DNA of 64,000 nucleotides from Gammaproteobacteria bacterium. GTDB taxonomy: Bacteria > Pseudomonadota > Gammaproteobacteria > Ga0077536. The stretch lies in the NCBI GenBank assembly GCA_963662545.2, contig CAXXLL010000002.1, positions 288,001-352,000 on the forward strand, given 5' to 3'. The notes below the pieces were generated by a model. The model made no database searches. It was not told where the DNA came from and saw only the letters and a list, made by a program, of their open reading frames with translations. Shown here one piece after another: positions 18,496 through 27,745 of this stretch. The translations under genes and the position numbers were made by a program. How positions within the stretch are numbered: the first letter of the stretch is position 1; every line of letters starts with the position of its first letter.

Positions 18496-19650
18496 GTGGC
18501 ACGTAAGGTCTGTGTCGTCATCACGGCACGACCGAGCTATTCGCGCGTGCGTTCGGTCCTGTCGGCCATCCGCGACCATCCCGATCTCGAATTGCAGCTC
18601 GTCGTCGCCGCCTCCGCACTGCTCAACCGCTACGGTGCGACCGAGAACACGATCCTCGAGGAAGGATTCTCGATCGATCGGCGCGTTTACATGATCATGG
18701 AAGGGGAGAATCTCGTTACTTCGGCGAAAACGACCGGGATCGGGCTCGGTGAACTTGCCACCGTGTTCGACGATATCAGGCCGGATGTGGTCGTGACGGT
18801 CGCCGATCGTTTCGAAACGATGGCGACCGCCGTGGCTGCCAGCTATCTGAATATTCCGCTCGCCCACATCCAGGGCGGTGAAGTAACCGGCTCTATCGAC
18901 GAAAAGGTTCGCCATGCTGTCACCAAGCTCGCCGATCTGCACTTCGTAGCGTCGGAAAATGCGCACCAGCGCGTGATCAAACTCGGGGAAAGGCCCGAGA
19001 CAGTCTTCGTCACCGGCTGCCCTTCCATCGACGTTGCCAAACAGGCCTTAGCGCAGCCGGATCCGGGCTTCGACGTATTCGAGCGCTATACGGGTGTTGG
19101 GCCGCGACCCGATTTGAAGGACGGCTATCTGGTCGTGATGCAGCATCCCGTCACCACGGAATACGAGGAATCACGGCGCCATGTGGAGGAAACGCTGCAC
19201 GCCGTCAACGATCTCGACATCGCCACCTTGTGGTTCTGGCCGAACGTCGACGCCGGCGCCGACGGGACATCGTCCGGCATCCGTTCGTTTAGAGAAACGT
19301 ACGCGCCGCGAAACATTCATTTTTTCAAAAGCACTGCACCGGAGGATTTCGTGCGTATTCTCGACGCCAGTGACTGCATCGTCGGCAATTCCAGTGCGGG
19401 TATTCGTGAGTGCGCCTACCTAGGACTGCCGGCCGTCAACGTCGGCAGCCGCCAGGCGGGTCGAGACCGCGGTAAGAATGTCCGCGACGTGGACTATGAT
19501 CGCGTCGCGATCAGCGCCGCGATCCAGGCGTGCCGGCGCGACGGGCGCCTGCCAGCGGATTTCATTTACGGGGAAGGCGGTGCGGGCACGTGCATCGCGG
19601 ATGCCCTCGCAACGGTCGAATTTTCCGTTGAAAAGCGTCTGCCGTATTGA
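18496..19650 (+). CDS. neuC: UDP-N-acetylglucosamine 2-epimerase (hydrolysing)
   Basis: ARPSYSR, ADRFET, HIQGGEVTGSIDEKVRHAVTKLA, QHPVT, GNSSAG, GSRQAGR. Confidence 0.92.
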   Translation: MARKVCVVITARPSYSRVRSVLSAIRDHPDLELQLVVAASALLNRYGATENTILEEGFSIDRRVYMIMEGENLVTSAKTTGIGLGELATVFDDIRPDVVVTVADRFETMATAVAASYLNIPLAHIQGGEVTGSIDEKVRHAVTKLADLHFVASENAHQRVIKLGERPETVFVTGCPSIDVAKQALAQPDPGFDVFERYTGVGPRPDLKDGYLVVMQHPVTTEYEESRRHVEETLHAVNDLDIATLWFWPNVDAGADGTSSGIRSFRETYAPRNIHFFKSTAPEDFVRILDASDCIVGNSSAGIRECAYLGLPAVNVGSRQAGRDRGKNVRDVDYDRVAISAAIQACRRDGRLPADFIYGEGGAGTCIADALATVEFSVEKRLPY

Positions 19651-19721
19651 GCAGCTGACGATGACTGGCCGGCGACGATTGCGGTGGAATGCTATGACCC
19701 GCTCGCGGGGGGACGGCGTCC

Positions 19722-20351
19722 GTGCAGGTTTGCCCCACTGAGGAAGACTGGGCCCTGGCGCGCGAAGTCCAGGCCCTCTTCGCGCCTAAAGCCGGTGCGC
19801 GTCACATTGCGAGTGAGTTCGCGCTCGCGTATCTGAATGCCTTATTGGACGATTCTCACCCAAAACACGTCCTCGAGTTCGGCGCCGGTATCGGTACGAT
19901 CACGACCTGCCTGCTGAATCATCCGAGCCGGATCGCCCAGGTCACCGCGACGGAAGAAAACGAATTTTGCATTGGAGAATTGTCGAAGAACATCGGGGAC
20001 CGGTACGTCGGGCGGTATCAACTCGTGACCGAACCGTCCGATCTTGACGTCCGCAACGTTCATTACGACTTGGTCGTGGTCGACGGCCTGCTCGCGAGCG
20101 AGCATTACGAGGTGATTACCCTCGGTACGATCTGTTTCGTCGAGGGCTCCCGCACGCCGACGCGGCTGGCTATCAACGAGGAACTCGCCGGACGTAACCT
20201 CGTCTGCCCGTTCGTGAATTTCAACCGCGGTACGCGTTACTTCCATTTCGGCATGCGCGAAGATCCGAAAACCGGGCGGCGGCGCCCAAAATTTAAATTC
20301 CGCCGGGTGTTGAAGGGATGCTGGATCGGAAAAGTCGAGTCCCTGGACTAG
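19722..20351 (+). CDS. Putative class I SAM-dependent methyltransferase
   Basis: VLEFGAGIGT motif I; YDLVVVDG. Confidence 0.6.
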   Translation: MQVCPTEEDWALAREVQALFAPKAGARHIASEFALAYLNALLDDSHPKHVLEFGAGIGTITTCLLNHPSRIAQVTATEENEFCIGELSKNIGDRYVGRYQLVTEPSDLDVRNVHYDLVVVDGLLASEHYEVITLGTICFVEGSRTPTRLAINEELAGRNLVCPFVNFNRGTRYFHFGMREDPKTGRRRPKFKFRRVLKGCWIGKVESLD

Positions 20352-20387
20352 ATCGAAGTCGCTCAGTCCAGACGGGCGAAGCTTTAA

Positions 20388-20771
20388 TTACGTCGCTATA
20401 TCGCGCTCGCTAGTCGAAGCTCCGGTCGTACCGGATCGGCGCTGGATCTCGTCTTTCAAAAGCGTTCGATATTCAAATTGTTCCTGCCATTTTATCGCCC
20501 GTGGTAAAACGACGGCGAGAGTGCCGAGGAGGAAGTGAACGGTGACCACGCATGCGGCTCCCAGCCAGTAGGCGGTCCCGAATGGTGCGGATAAACCTAG
20601 CCCGAGGCCGGCGAAAACCGTGCACCACACCGCGATGCTCGTCCCAACGCGGCGATAGTGAACGCGAATCGCATACCAGTGATCGATGACGGCGTACAGC
20701 GAGGCCATCGCGCGAAAGCACAGAGGAATGCCGATCAGGAACGAGACGAAGCATAAGGTGTATTCAATCAC
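20388..20771 (-). CDS. Hypothetical membrane protein
   Basis: Three hydrophobic segments; GTG overlaps the stop of the upstream ORF (GTGA). Confidence 0.6.
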   Translation of the reverse strand: MIEYTLCFVSFLIGIPLCFRAMASLYAVIDHWYAIRVHYRRVGTSIAVWCTVFAGLGLGLSAPFGTAYWLGAACVVTVHFLLGTLAVVLPRAIKWQEQFEYRTLLKDEIQRRSGTTGASTSERDIAT

Positions 20772-23324
20772 GCGGCGCGTTCCCGTCCGGTATTCAGACG
20801 AATGAAACCTTGAGTCCCATCGACGAAGATGCGATCCCCGGTTTTGATGAAATTCGTACAGTCCGCCACGTCGACGACGCAGGGCATGCCGTACTCGCGC
20901 GCGATCGTACCGGCGTGAGACAGATAACTGCCCACTTCGACCACCGCCGCGTGCGCGGTCAGGAACAGCGGTGTCCAAGCGGGATCGGTATAGGGGGCGA
21001 CGAGGATCTCGCCGGGCTTCAAGTCCGCATCGACGCTGGGGTCCAGGATCACCCGGGCAATGCCCTCGTAGGTACCCGGAGAAGCGCCCTGTCCGGCGAT
21101 TTCGTCTTTGTTCGATGCTGTATGCTGGGGTGCGACGCGCAGGTCGATATTGATCGTCCTGGGCGGCGTCATTTTCGACCAGCGAATGATCTCCATGCGC
21201 CGTTCACGAATACGATCCTCGACATCCCCCCATTCGAGCTGTCCTGCCCGTAATGCAGTGACTTCCGGCCACCGCAGATAGAAGATATCGTCCTTGACCT
21301 TGAGCTTGCCGGCACCGAGCAGTTCCCGTTCGGCGCGCAGAATGCATTTTCTCGCCGAATACCACGCCATGATGTGATAGAAGCGCGAGTTCTCCCGCAG
21401 CTTGATGAAATACCGGGCGCGGCCGGCCAGATGGTCGATGAGCCGCCAGCGCCATCCCACTACCCGTTCGAGTGGGAGATGTCCAAGGCGGTGTTTGATC
21501 GAGGCGAAGAGGTCCGCTCGACGCGCGCGTGCGCGCGCTTCCATCGCGCCGGGATCAGCGTCCGATTCAAGATGATTTTTGACCATCGCCAGCACCGGGG
21601 ACGGGTTTTCCTCGAAGCGTTCCGAGGCGATCTCGAACTCTTTCAATGCGCGGTGACCGTGAACGCGCAAGAAGGCGTTGAGTTCGTCGAGAAACGGCTG
21701 GGCCGTCTCGTCGTTTTTGAGGGCATTGAACAAAGCGTTCGGACGCTGCGTTTGCATGCATCGAACGACAGCCGGGAGTGTCTTTGCGGTGCGTGACAGC
21801 TCGAATATCGAGCGGCCCATCTCGAGCGAGAGTACGCCTTCAGTGCCCGAGCACAAAAGGGATCCCGCATCTTTTTCGATGTCCGGAATCCAGCACTTCA
21901 GCAATGCGTTCACCCATGGGTAGGAAATAACGTGGAACAGAAGCGATGTTGATCCAGATAACCCGGCGTCCGCACGGTGCCAACGGCGGCGCGCCGTTGA
22001 GGAGTTTGACCATCGTTGTTCGCGGGCTCAGGGCATCGTCGGCCTCGATCTCGGCCGTAAATGCGCGGAACGACTCCATGAAATCATCCGGCATCGCGCG
22101 CGAGCGGGCAGCGATAAGACCAAAGCCGAGATAAATGACGAACCAGGTGGCAAGCACCATTGGGAGCTTCATCCAGCTTATCGATAGGTCTAGATCTTCC
22201 GGCATTTCCAGATACGCGAGGCGCGCGGCCTGCTCGTCGGTAAGTTTGATCGGCAACAGCACGTGCATCGGCCAGAGGTCGTTGTAGAGGCGTCCCTTGA
22301 TCCAGTGCGGTCCCGGGGGCAGAGAATCCTGTGTCAGCGGCAGGACAGGCTCCGTAAAATTTTCGGCCGCAGCCTTGAACAGCACCAGCTTGCGTTTTTC
22401 GCCCGGGGCGAACGATTCTTCGCCCATGATGGTGATAGGGCGGGATTGCAGCATGTAGTAACGATTTTCGTGTATGGCCCATTCGACGTCCTGGGGGGTG
22501 CCGAAATACTGTTCGGCCTTGACGCTCCAACGGCTCACCTCGATCAACATTTCATCGCTCAGACAGGACACGTGACGCCGTTCGAACGGTACCTCGGCCA
22601 TGCGCGTGTCATCGGGTGGCAGGTGGGAGCTCACCATCGACTTCTTATTCGCGATGCGCTTTCGTTGAATAGCAAAATCCGCGCGCCTGACCATGAAGTG
22701 ATCCGGTGATACGCGGCCGTCGACGATCGCCGCACCCATGCCCCAGGTCGCGTCGGTCACGATCTCCTGCGTGTCGCCACTAACAGGGTTGACCGTGAAC
22801 GTCACCCCCGATACGTCGGACGGAATCATTTCCTGCACGAGCACCGCCATCATCACGCCGGCGTGATCAATCCCCTGGCTCTGCCGGTAGGAAACGGCCG
22901 CATCACTCCACAGTGACGCCCAGCATTTGCGCACCATTTCGATCAAGTTTTGTCCGTCAACGTAGTAATACGTCGCGTGCTGGCCGGCAAAGCTCGCGTC
23001 GCCCAAGTCCTCCGCGGTAGCGGATGAGCGCACGGCGCAGATGATCGGCTCCTTACTGTTAGATTGCAGTCGTTCGTGAGCGCGTAGAATCTCTTGCGAC
23101 GCCGTGATCGGGAGGGGGGCGTCCACGAGCCGTCGTCGTATGGCCTCGCTGGGCGCGCTGGTATCGATGCCGGACAGGAGCTTGCGGTAGACGCCGGCGC
23201 AAACGACGAATCCGGGCGGTATGGGAAATCCGTGCGCCAGGAGTGCGCCCAAATTGGCTGCTTTACCGCCGACCTGCTCGATGTCAGTCTTTGTGACGTC
23301 TTTTAGGAATCGCACGGCCATCAC
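20768..23324 (-). pseudogene. PEP-synthase-like / rifampicin-phosphotransferase-architecture enzyme split by a frameshift near 21913
   Basis: N-part 21840-23324 has ATP-grasp motifs GGKAANLG, AVRSSATAED, SFAGQH, QDVEW, LQSRPIT; C-part 20768-21913 has TDPAWTPLF and the phospho-His motif GSYLSHAGTIAREYG; the two frames overlap. Confidence 0.75.
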
Positions 23325-23452
23325 ATGGCCATCCTTTTGCGTTAAACGGAATTGCGGAGACAGTATACGTAATCCGCATCACGCGCCGATTCGCGGATTA
23401 TCGTTGCGGAATTTTCGTATAATTTCCCGAGCTGACTTAAGGTCGTCGAATT

Positions 23453-24226
23453 ATGGTTCAAGCATTGCAGAAACCCGCGAACATTCGCGAGCAAGTTTCC
23501 GACGAGGAATGGCAGGTTCGTGTCGATCTCGCCGCGGCGTACCGGCTGGTCGATCACTACGGCTGGACCGACATGATATTCACACATTTGTCTGCGCGCG
23601 TTCCTGGTCCCGAGCAACATTTTCTAATCAATCCCTACGGCATGATGTTCGATGAAGTGAGCGCATCAAACCTCGTCAAAATCGATTTCGAAGGAAACAT
23701 CGTGCTGTCGACGGGATACGACGTGAATCCCGCCGGGTTCTGCATTCACAGCGCCATCCATATGTCGCGCGACGACGCCCATGCCGTAATGCATTTACAC
23801 ACGGACGACGGGGTCGCCGTGTCCGCCATGGCCGAGGGCCTACTGCCCGTTACTCAGACCGCGATGATCATCCACGACCAGATCGCCTATCACGAGTACG
23901 AGGGTATCGCGCTGGATCTCGGTGAGCGCGAGCGCCTGGCCGCGGACATCGGCGACAAGCAGGCGATGATCCTCCGCAACCACGGCACCTTGGCGGTGGG
24001 CAAGACGGTGTCGACCTGTTTTCTAACCCTTTACATTCTCGAACGCGCTTGCAGCATGCAGGTCCGCGCCATGGCGGGCGGCAACTTGCATCAGCCCTCG
24101 GCGGAATCCGTCAAAACCTCTCGAGAGCAGGGTCGCATGTTGATGGCGTCCGGGGAGCGTGACCATCTGGCGTGGCCTGCACTGCTCAGAATGCTCGATC
24201 GTAAGGACGCTGGATTCAGGCAGTAG
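23453..24226 (+). CDS. Class II aldolase/adducin family protein
   Basis: DLAAAYRL, THLSARVP, IHSAIH, HLHT, LRNHG. Confidence 0.92.
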   Translation: MVQALQKPANIREQVSDEEWQVRVDLAAAYRLVDHYGWTDMIFTHLSARVPGPEQHFLINPYGMMFDEVSASNLVKIDFEGNIVLSTGYDVNPAGFCIHSAIHMSRDDAHAVMHLHTDDGVAVSAMAEGLLPVTQTAMIIHDQIAYHEYEGIALDLGERERLAADIGDKQAMILRNHGTLAVGKTVSTCFLTLYILERACSMQVRAMAGGNLHQPSAESVKTSREQGRMLMASGERDHLAWPALLRMLDRKDAGFRQ

Positions 24227-24238
24227 CGGGCGGATATA

Positions 24239-25204
24239 TCAAGGGGACGCCACCCTATCGACGCGATCAGCCTCTGCTCCAGCCACGTTGACGAGTAGCC
24301 GGTTCCGTACGAAATCGATGATGAAATCGCGCTGGGTAAACATCCCCGCACCCACGATTGCGGCGGGGCCGTCGCTAAGCTCGAGGGTTTCGAAGATCGC
24401 GAGGTCGACAATCGCGAATTTCTCGTTGTGCCAGCTTACATTTCCAGTCGTTACTTTCTCGGCCTTGAGCATGGACACCTTTGGTGTGGCTTCCATGATG
24501 CCGACCACCGGATCGCCGGCCTCGAATCCGTAGGTAGTCGGCATCACGCCAATGCTTCTGGCCGCTTTCCAGTTGAGAACGTTCAAGCCGGCACCCAGGT
24601 CGAAAATGGAACGGATCTGATGGCGAAGAATTCCAATGTTGAAAAAATAGAGCGATGCGGCACTCGATCCCACCCGTTGGGGCGACAGTGGAATGGCGGC
24701 CCAGCCTTGATAAGACTGGTGGCGTAGCAGGCCCGGTGCATAGAGGCGAACGAGGCGATCGTGATTCGAAAATCCGACGGCATACCTGCGCAGGAAATCA
24801 ATGCCCAGAATGCCGTCGATGTTTGAACGCATTTGCGCCGGCCTCGGCATCGCGGCGATCCGGGCCTTCGACCAGACTTCGGGTCCGATCGAAATTCGCG
24901 CGGCCCTGATCAACGGAAACCGCCCCGAAGCGACCGCGCCGTGGATGATGACTTCCTGGCCTTCGAGCGCTTGGAGTTCGAGCGTGGTTCGCGGTTCGTC
25001 GAATATGACCGAGATGCTCGCGGCGGTATCCAGTGCGAATTCAAACGGGCCGCGATCGTTGACCTCGGCTTCGATGATAATGCGCCCGCCGTCTTCGATG
25101 GTATAAGGTGCCGTGGCGAGCGCTGCGCTCTGGTCAAGGACGTTCGCGCAGGCGCAGAGCACGCAGACGAAGGCCGCCCCGGCGATCTTCGCGGCGAAGT
25201 TCAT
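24239..25204 (-). CDS. Two-domain retropepsin-like aspartyl protease, probable lipoprotein
   Basis: FALDTAAS...DGILGIDFL and IFDLGAG...IVGAGMF; lipobox-like LCAC; start uncertain. Confidence 0.75.
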   Translation of the reverse strand: MNFAAKIAGAAFVCVLCACANVLDQSAALATAPYTIEDGGRIIIEAEVNDRGPFEFALDTAASISVIFDEPRTTLELQALEGQEVIIHGAVASGRFPLIRAARISIGPEVWSKARIAAMPRPAQMRSNIDGILGIDFLRRYAVGFSNHDRLVRLYAPGLLRHQSYQGWAAIPLSPQRVGSSAASLYFFNIGILRHQIRSIFDLGAGLNVLNWKAARSIGVMPTTYGFEAGDPVVGIMEATPKVSMLKAEKVTTGNVSWHNEKFAIVDLAIFETLELSDGPAAIVGAGMFTQRDFIIDFVRNRLLVNVAGAEADRVDRVASP

Positions 25205-25361
25205 CAGCGGCAATGATACGCGCGAAATAATCGTCGTAGCCGGCTGGGAGTACGGCGAGGGAATGACTCCTTGCGCCGCTATCGATAGCGGGTTTGTCAA
25301 TCGAAACAACGATTCGGCGTTTTCAACGTTCCGTATCTCCATTAAACTTCCTGGTCCCGCT

Positions 25362-25435
25362 TGGGGGATCGTCTAATGGTAGGACTGCGGACTCTGACTC
25401 CGCCAGTGGGGGTTCGAATCCCTCTCCCCCAGCCA
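25362..25435 (+). tRNA. tRNA-Gln(CTG)
   Basis: Acceptor TGGGGGA/TCCCCCA, anticodon arm GCGGA-CTCTGAC-TCCGC, GGTTCGAATCC T-arm, encoded CCA. Confidence 0.97.
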
Positions 25436-25481
25436 ATTTCTTAAAGGCCCCATCGGGGCCTTTAAGAAATTGGCTGGGGGA
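25425..25481. repeat. Perfect 27-bp inverted repeat overlapping the tRNA 3' end
   Basis: TCCCCCAGCCAATTTCTTAAAGGCCCC-ATC-GGGGCCTTTAAGAAATTGGCTGGGGGA. Confidence 0.9.
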
Positions 25482-25604
25482 CGAGGATCTAGACTCGACC
25501 CCCTCGGGTTCGACAAACTCGCGTGAAGCGAGTTTGGACGCCGTAGCGAAGCGGAGGGCGCCCCGTAGGGGCGAACGCGCGCTTAAGCGCGCAGGATCCG
25601 CGTT

Positions 25605-26012
25605 TCAGGCGCTAAGTTTACTTTCGGTTTCGCCGCGGGTCCGTATTTTTGCTGTCGCCGGAACCGCTTCGGCCTCGCACCACTCAATCAATCCCTTGAG
25701 CATGCGAGTGATCTCCATCGAATCCTGCATCAACTCGGTGGATTTCTGCACCGTGATCAGATCGAGTTGAGCCGCGATATAGAGTTGGGTGCGAAGTTCG
25801 GCACACGAATCCTTGGCCATCCTCAGATAATGCGCGAACTGCTTCTTCGAATCTCGTTCGTAGCCTTCGGCAATGTTCGAAGGTACCGAGAGGGATGCCC
25901 GTGTAATCTCGTCGCGGAAATTTCGATCGCCGCAGTCTCTGATCGCGGCGCAACTCTGAACGGCAAGTGCACAGGCTTTGTTCCAGGCACTCAATCCATG
26001 TAACGCATTCAT
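25605..26012 (-). CDS. Four helix bundle protein (23S rRNA IVP / TIGR02436 family)
   Basis: ITRASLSVPSNIAEGYER, FAHYLRMAKDSCAELRTQL; GGAGG RBS. Confidence 0.88.
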   Translation of the reverse strand: MNALHGLSAWNKACALAVQSCAAIRDCGDRNFRDEITRASLSVPSNIAEGYERDSKKQFAHYLRMAKDSCAELRTQLYIAAQLDLITVQKSTELMQDSMEITRMLKGLIEWCEAEAVPATAKIRTRGETESKLSA

Positions 26013-26071
26013 GCTTATACCTCCTTGTATATTCCTTTAGGGGCATCCTGCCCGCCGGGCTGCCGGTTAAG

Positions 26072-26464
26072 TTAACGCTTCGAGTACTGTGGTCTCTTGC
26101 GTGCTTTGTGCAGCCCTATTTTCTTGCGTTCCACTTCACGCGCGTCGCGTGTGACGAAGCCGGCAACCCTGAGCGGGCGGCGCAAGGTTTCATCGTAGGC
26201 GATCAATGCGCGCGTAATTCCATGGCGAATGGCGCCGGCCTGTCCCGACATCCCACCTCCTTCGACAGTCACCTTAATGTCAAAATCGGTCGGCATGTTG
26301 ATCGTAACGAGCGGCTGGCGGACGATCATGCGGCCCGTTTCGCGCCCGAAGTACTCATCCAGCGGCGTGTCATTGACAATGATGTTACCGGTGCCGCGTT
26401 GGAGGAATACGCGCGCCGCGGAACTTTTCCGGCGCCCGGTGCTGTAGTGGATTTCGTTTGCCAT
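26072..26464 (-). CDS. rpsI: 30S ribosomal protein S9
   Basis: [34 protein letters not shown]. Confidence 0.99.
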   Translation of the reverse strand: MANEIHYSTGRRKSSAARVFLQRGTGNIIVNDTPLDEYFGRETGRMIVRQPLVTINMPTDFDIKVTVEGGGMSGQAGAIRHGITRALIAYDETLRRPLRVAGFVTRDAREVERKKIGLHKARKRPQYSKR

Positions 26465-26468
26465 ACGC

Positions 26469-26897
26469 TTAGAGCTCTAATTGAATCGGTTGCTGCGCGC
26501 TATGTTGGTGATCAGGCCCCGCGTAGACTTTAAGTTTCCTGAACATGGCGCGGCCGAGCGGTCCTTTGGGCAGCATCCCTTTGACTGCCCGCTGGATAAT
26601 GGTCTCGGGCGATTTCTGCTGGAGCTTCTCGAAAGTTATCTGTTTTAAACCGCCGGGAAAACCCGAGTGACGATAATAGATCTTGTTGCTGGCCTTATTG
26701 CCTGTAACACGGATCTTCTCGGCATTGACGACGACAATGTAATCACCCGTATCCATGTGCGGGGTGTAGGTGACCTTGTGCTTGCCGCGCAGGCGCCGTG
26801 CAATCTCGGTGGCAAGCCTGCCGAGTATTTTGTCCGTCGCGTCGACGACATACCAATCGCGTTTGATCGTCGCCGGCGTGGCGGTGTAAGTTGTCAT
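26469..26897 (-). CDS. rplM: 50S ribosomal protein L13
   Basis: [34 protein letters not shown]. Confidence 0.99.
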   Translation of the reverse strand: MTTYTATPATIKRDWYVVDATDKILGRLATEIARRLRGKHKVTYTPHMDTGDYIVVVNAEKIRVTGNKASNKIYYRHSGFPGGLKQITFEKLQQKSPETIIQRAVKGMLPKGPLGRAMFRKLKVYAGPDHQHSAQQPIQLEL

Positions 26898-27034
26898 GCT
26901 GGGTTGAGGGATTGCGAAAAAAGAGGCGCAATGGTACGGAGAGCGACCGGGGGTGTCAATGCGAAACCCCGTGATTTCGCTGGCTTTTCTTTATTTTGGA
27001 GTGGATTCTTAGCGGATGAGAAAACTTCCTCCCA

Positions 27035-27673
27035 ATGCGTAATCTGTCGTCCGTCGACAGGGCCATCGTACGCCTCGATGCCGCATTGCGGGCGGCCGCG
27101 GGTTCCGGTAGTCGCCGAGGTCGGCGGTCGCCGGCGCAATCGCTGCCGGACGCGCCATTGTCCGCCGGGGATAAACGGCACGCCGCCGGCCTGATGAGGG
27201 TGAACCATACCGGCGAAGTGTGCGCCCAGGCACTCTATGTCGGACAGGCGAGCCTGTCTCGGGACGAACGAACGCGCTTGGCGATGCTCGAAGCAGCCAG
27301 GGAGGAAGGCGATCATCTTTGTTGGTGCCGTGAACGCCTTACGGAGCTCGATTCGGTGCCCAGCCGGTTGAACTTTTTCTGGTTCGCGGGCTCTTTCACC
27401 ATGGGCCTGGCGGCGGCGGCTCTGGGAGACGACTGGAGTCTTGGTTTCGTCGAAGAAACCGAACGCCAGGTCGTACGCCATCTGCAAGGCCACCTGGACG
27501 AGCTTCCGGTACACGATGAACGAAGCCGGGCCATTGTCGCAGTCATGTGCGACGACGAAGCGCGTCATGCCGATAAGGCCGCCCGCCAGGGATCGGCGCC
27601 TTTGCCGCTGCCGATCCGAACCCTGATGAAAATGCACGCCCGGGTGATGACGAAAATCGCGTACTGGATTTGA
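27035..27673 (+). CDS. coq7: Demethoxyubiquinone hydroxylase (di-iron)
   Basis: LMRVNHTGEVCAQALY, EEGDHL, ETERQV, DEARHA. Confidence 0.95.
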   Translation: MRNLSSVDRAIVRLDAALRAAAGSGSRRGRRSPAQSLPDAPLSAGDKRHAAGLMRVNHTGEVCAQALYVGQASLSRDERTRLAMLEAAREEGDHLCWCRERLTELDSVPSRLNFFWFAGSFTMGLAAAALGDDWSLGFVEETERQVVRHLQGHLDELPVHDERSRAIVAVMCDDEARHADKAARQGSAPLPLPIRTLMKMHARVMTKIAYWI

Positions 27674-27745
27674 GGGCGCCTGGCGTTGGATATTTTTTGC
27701 GCTTAAATTGTCAAAACTCAAACTTCACCTCGGAAATCGGAACTC

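Noticed and set aside
20768-23324. Calling the split gene ppsA or a rifampicin resistance gene
   Set aside because: Domain order differs from PpsA, and shared architecture with RPH does not establish the substrate.
25362-25600. tRNA-Gln as the attachment site of an integrated island
   Set aside because: The copy of the tRNA 3' end is inverted and adjacent rather than a distant direct repeat, and no integrase is present.
25605-26012. Four helix bundle protein as the Avd of a diversity-generating retroelement
   Set aside because: No reverse transcriptase and no template/variable repeat pair in the window.
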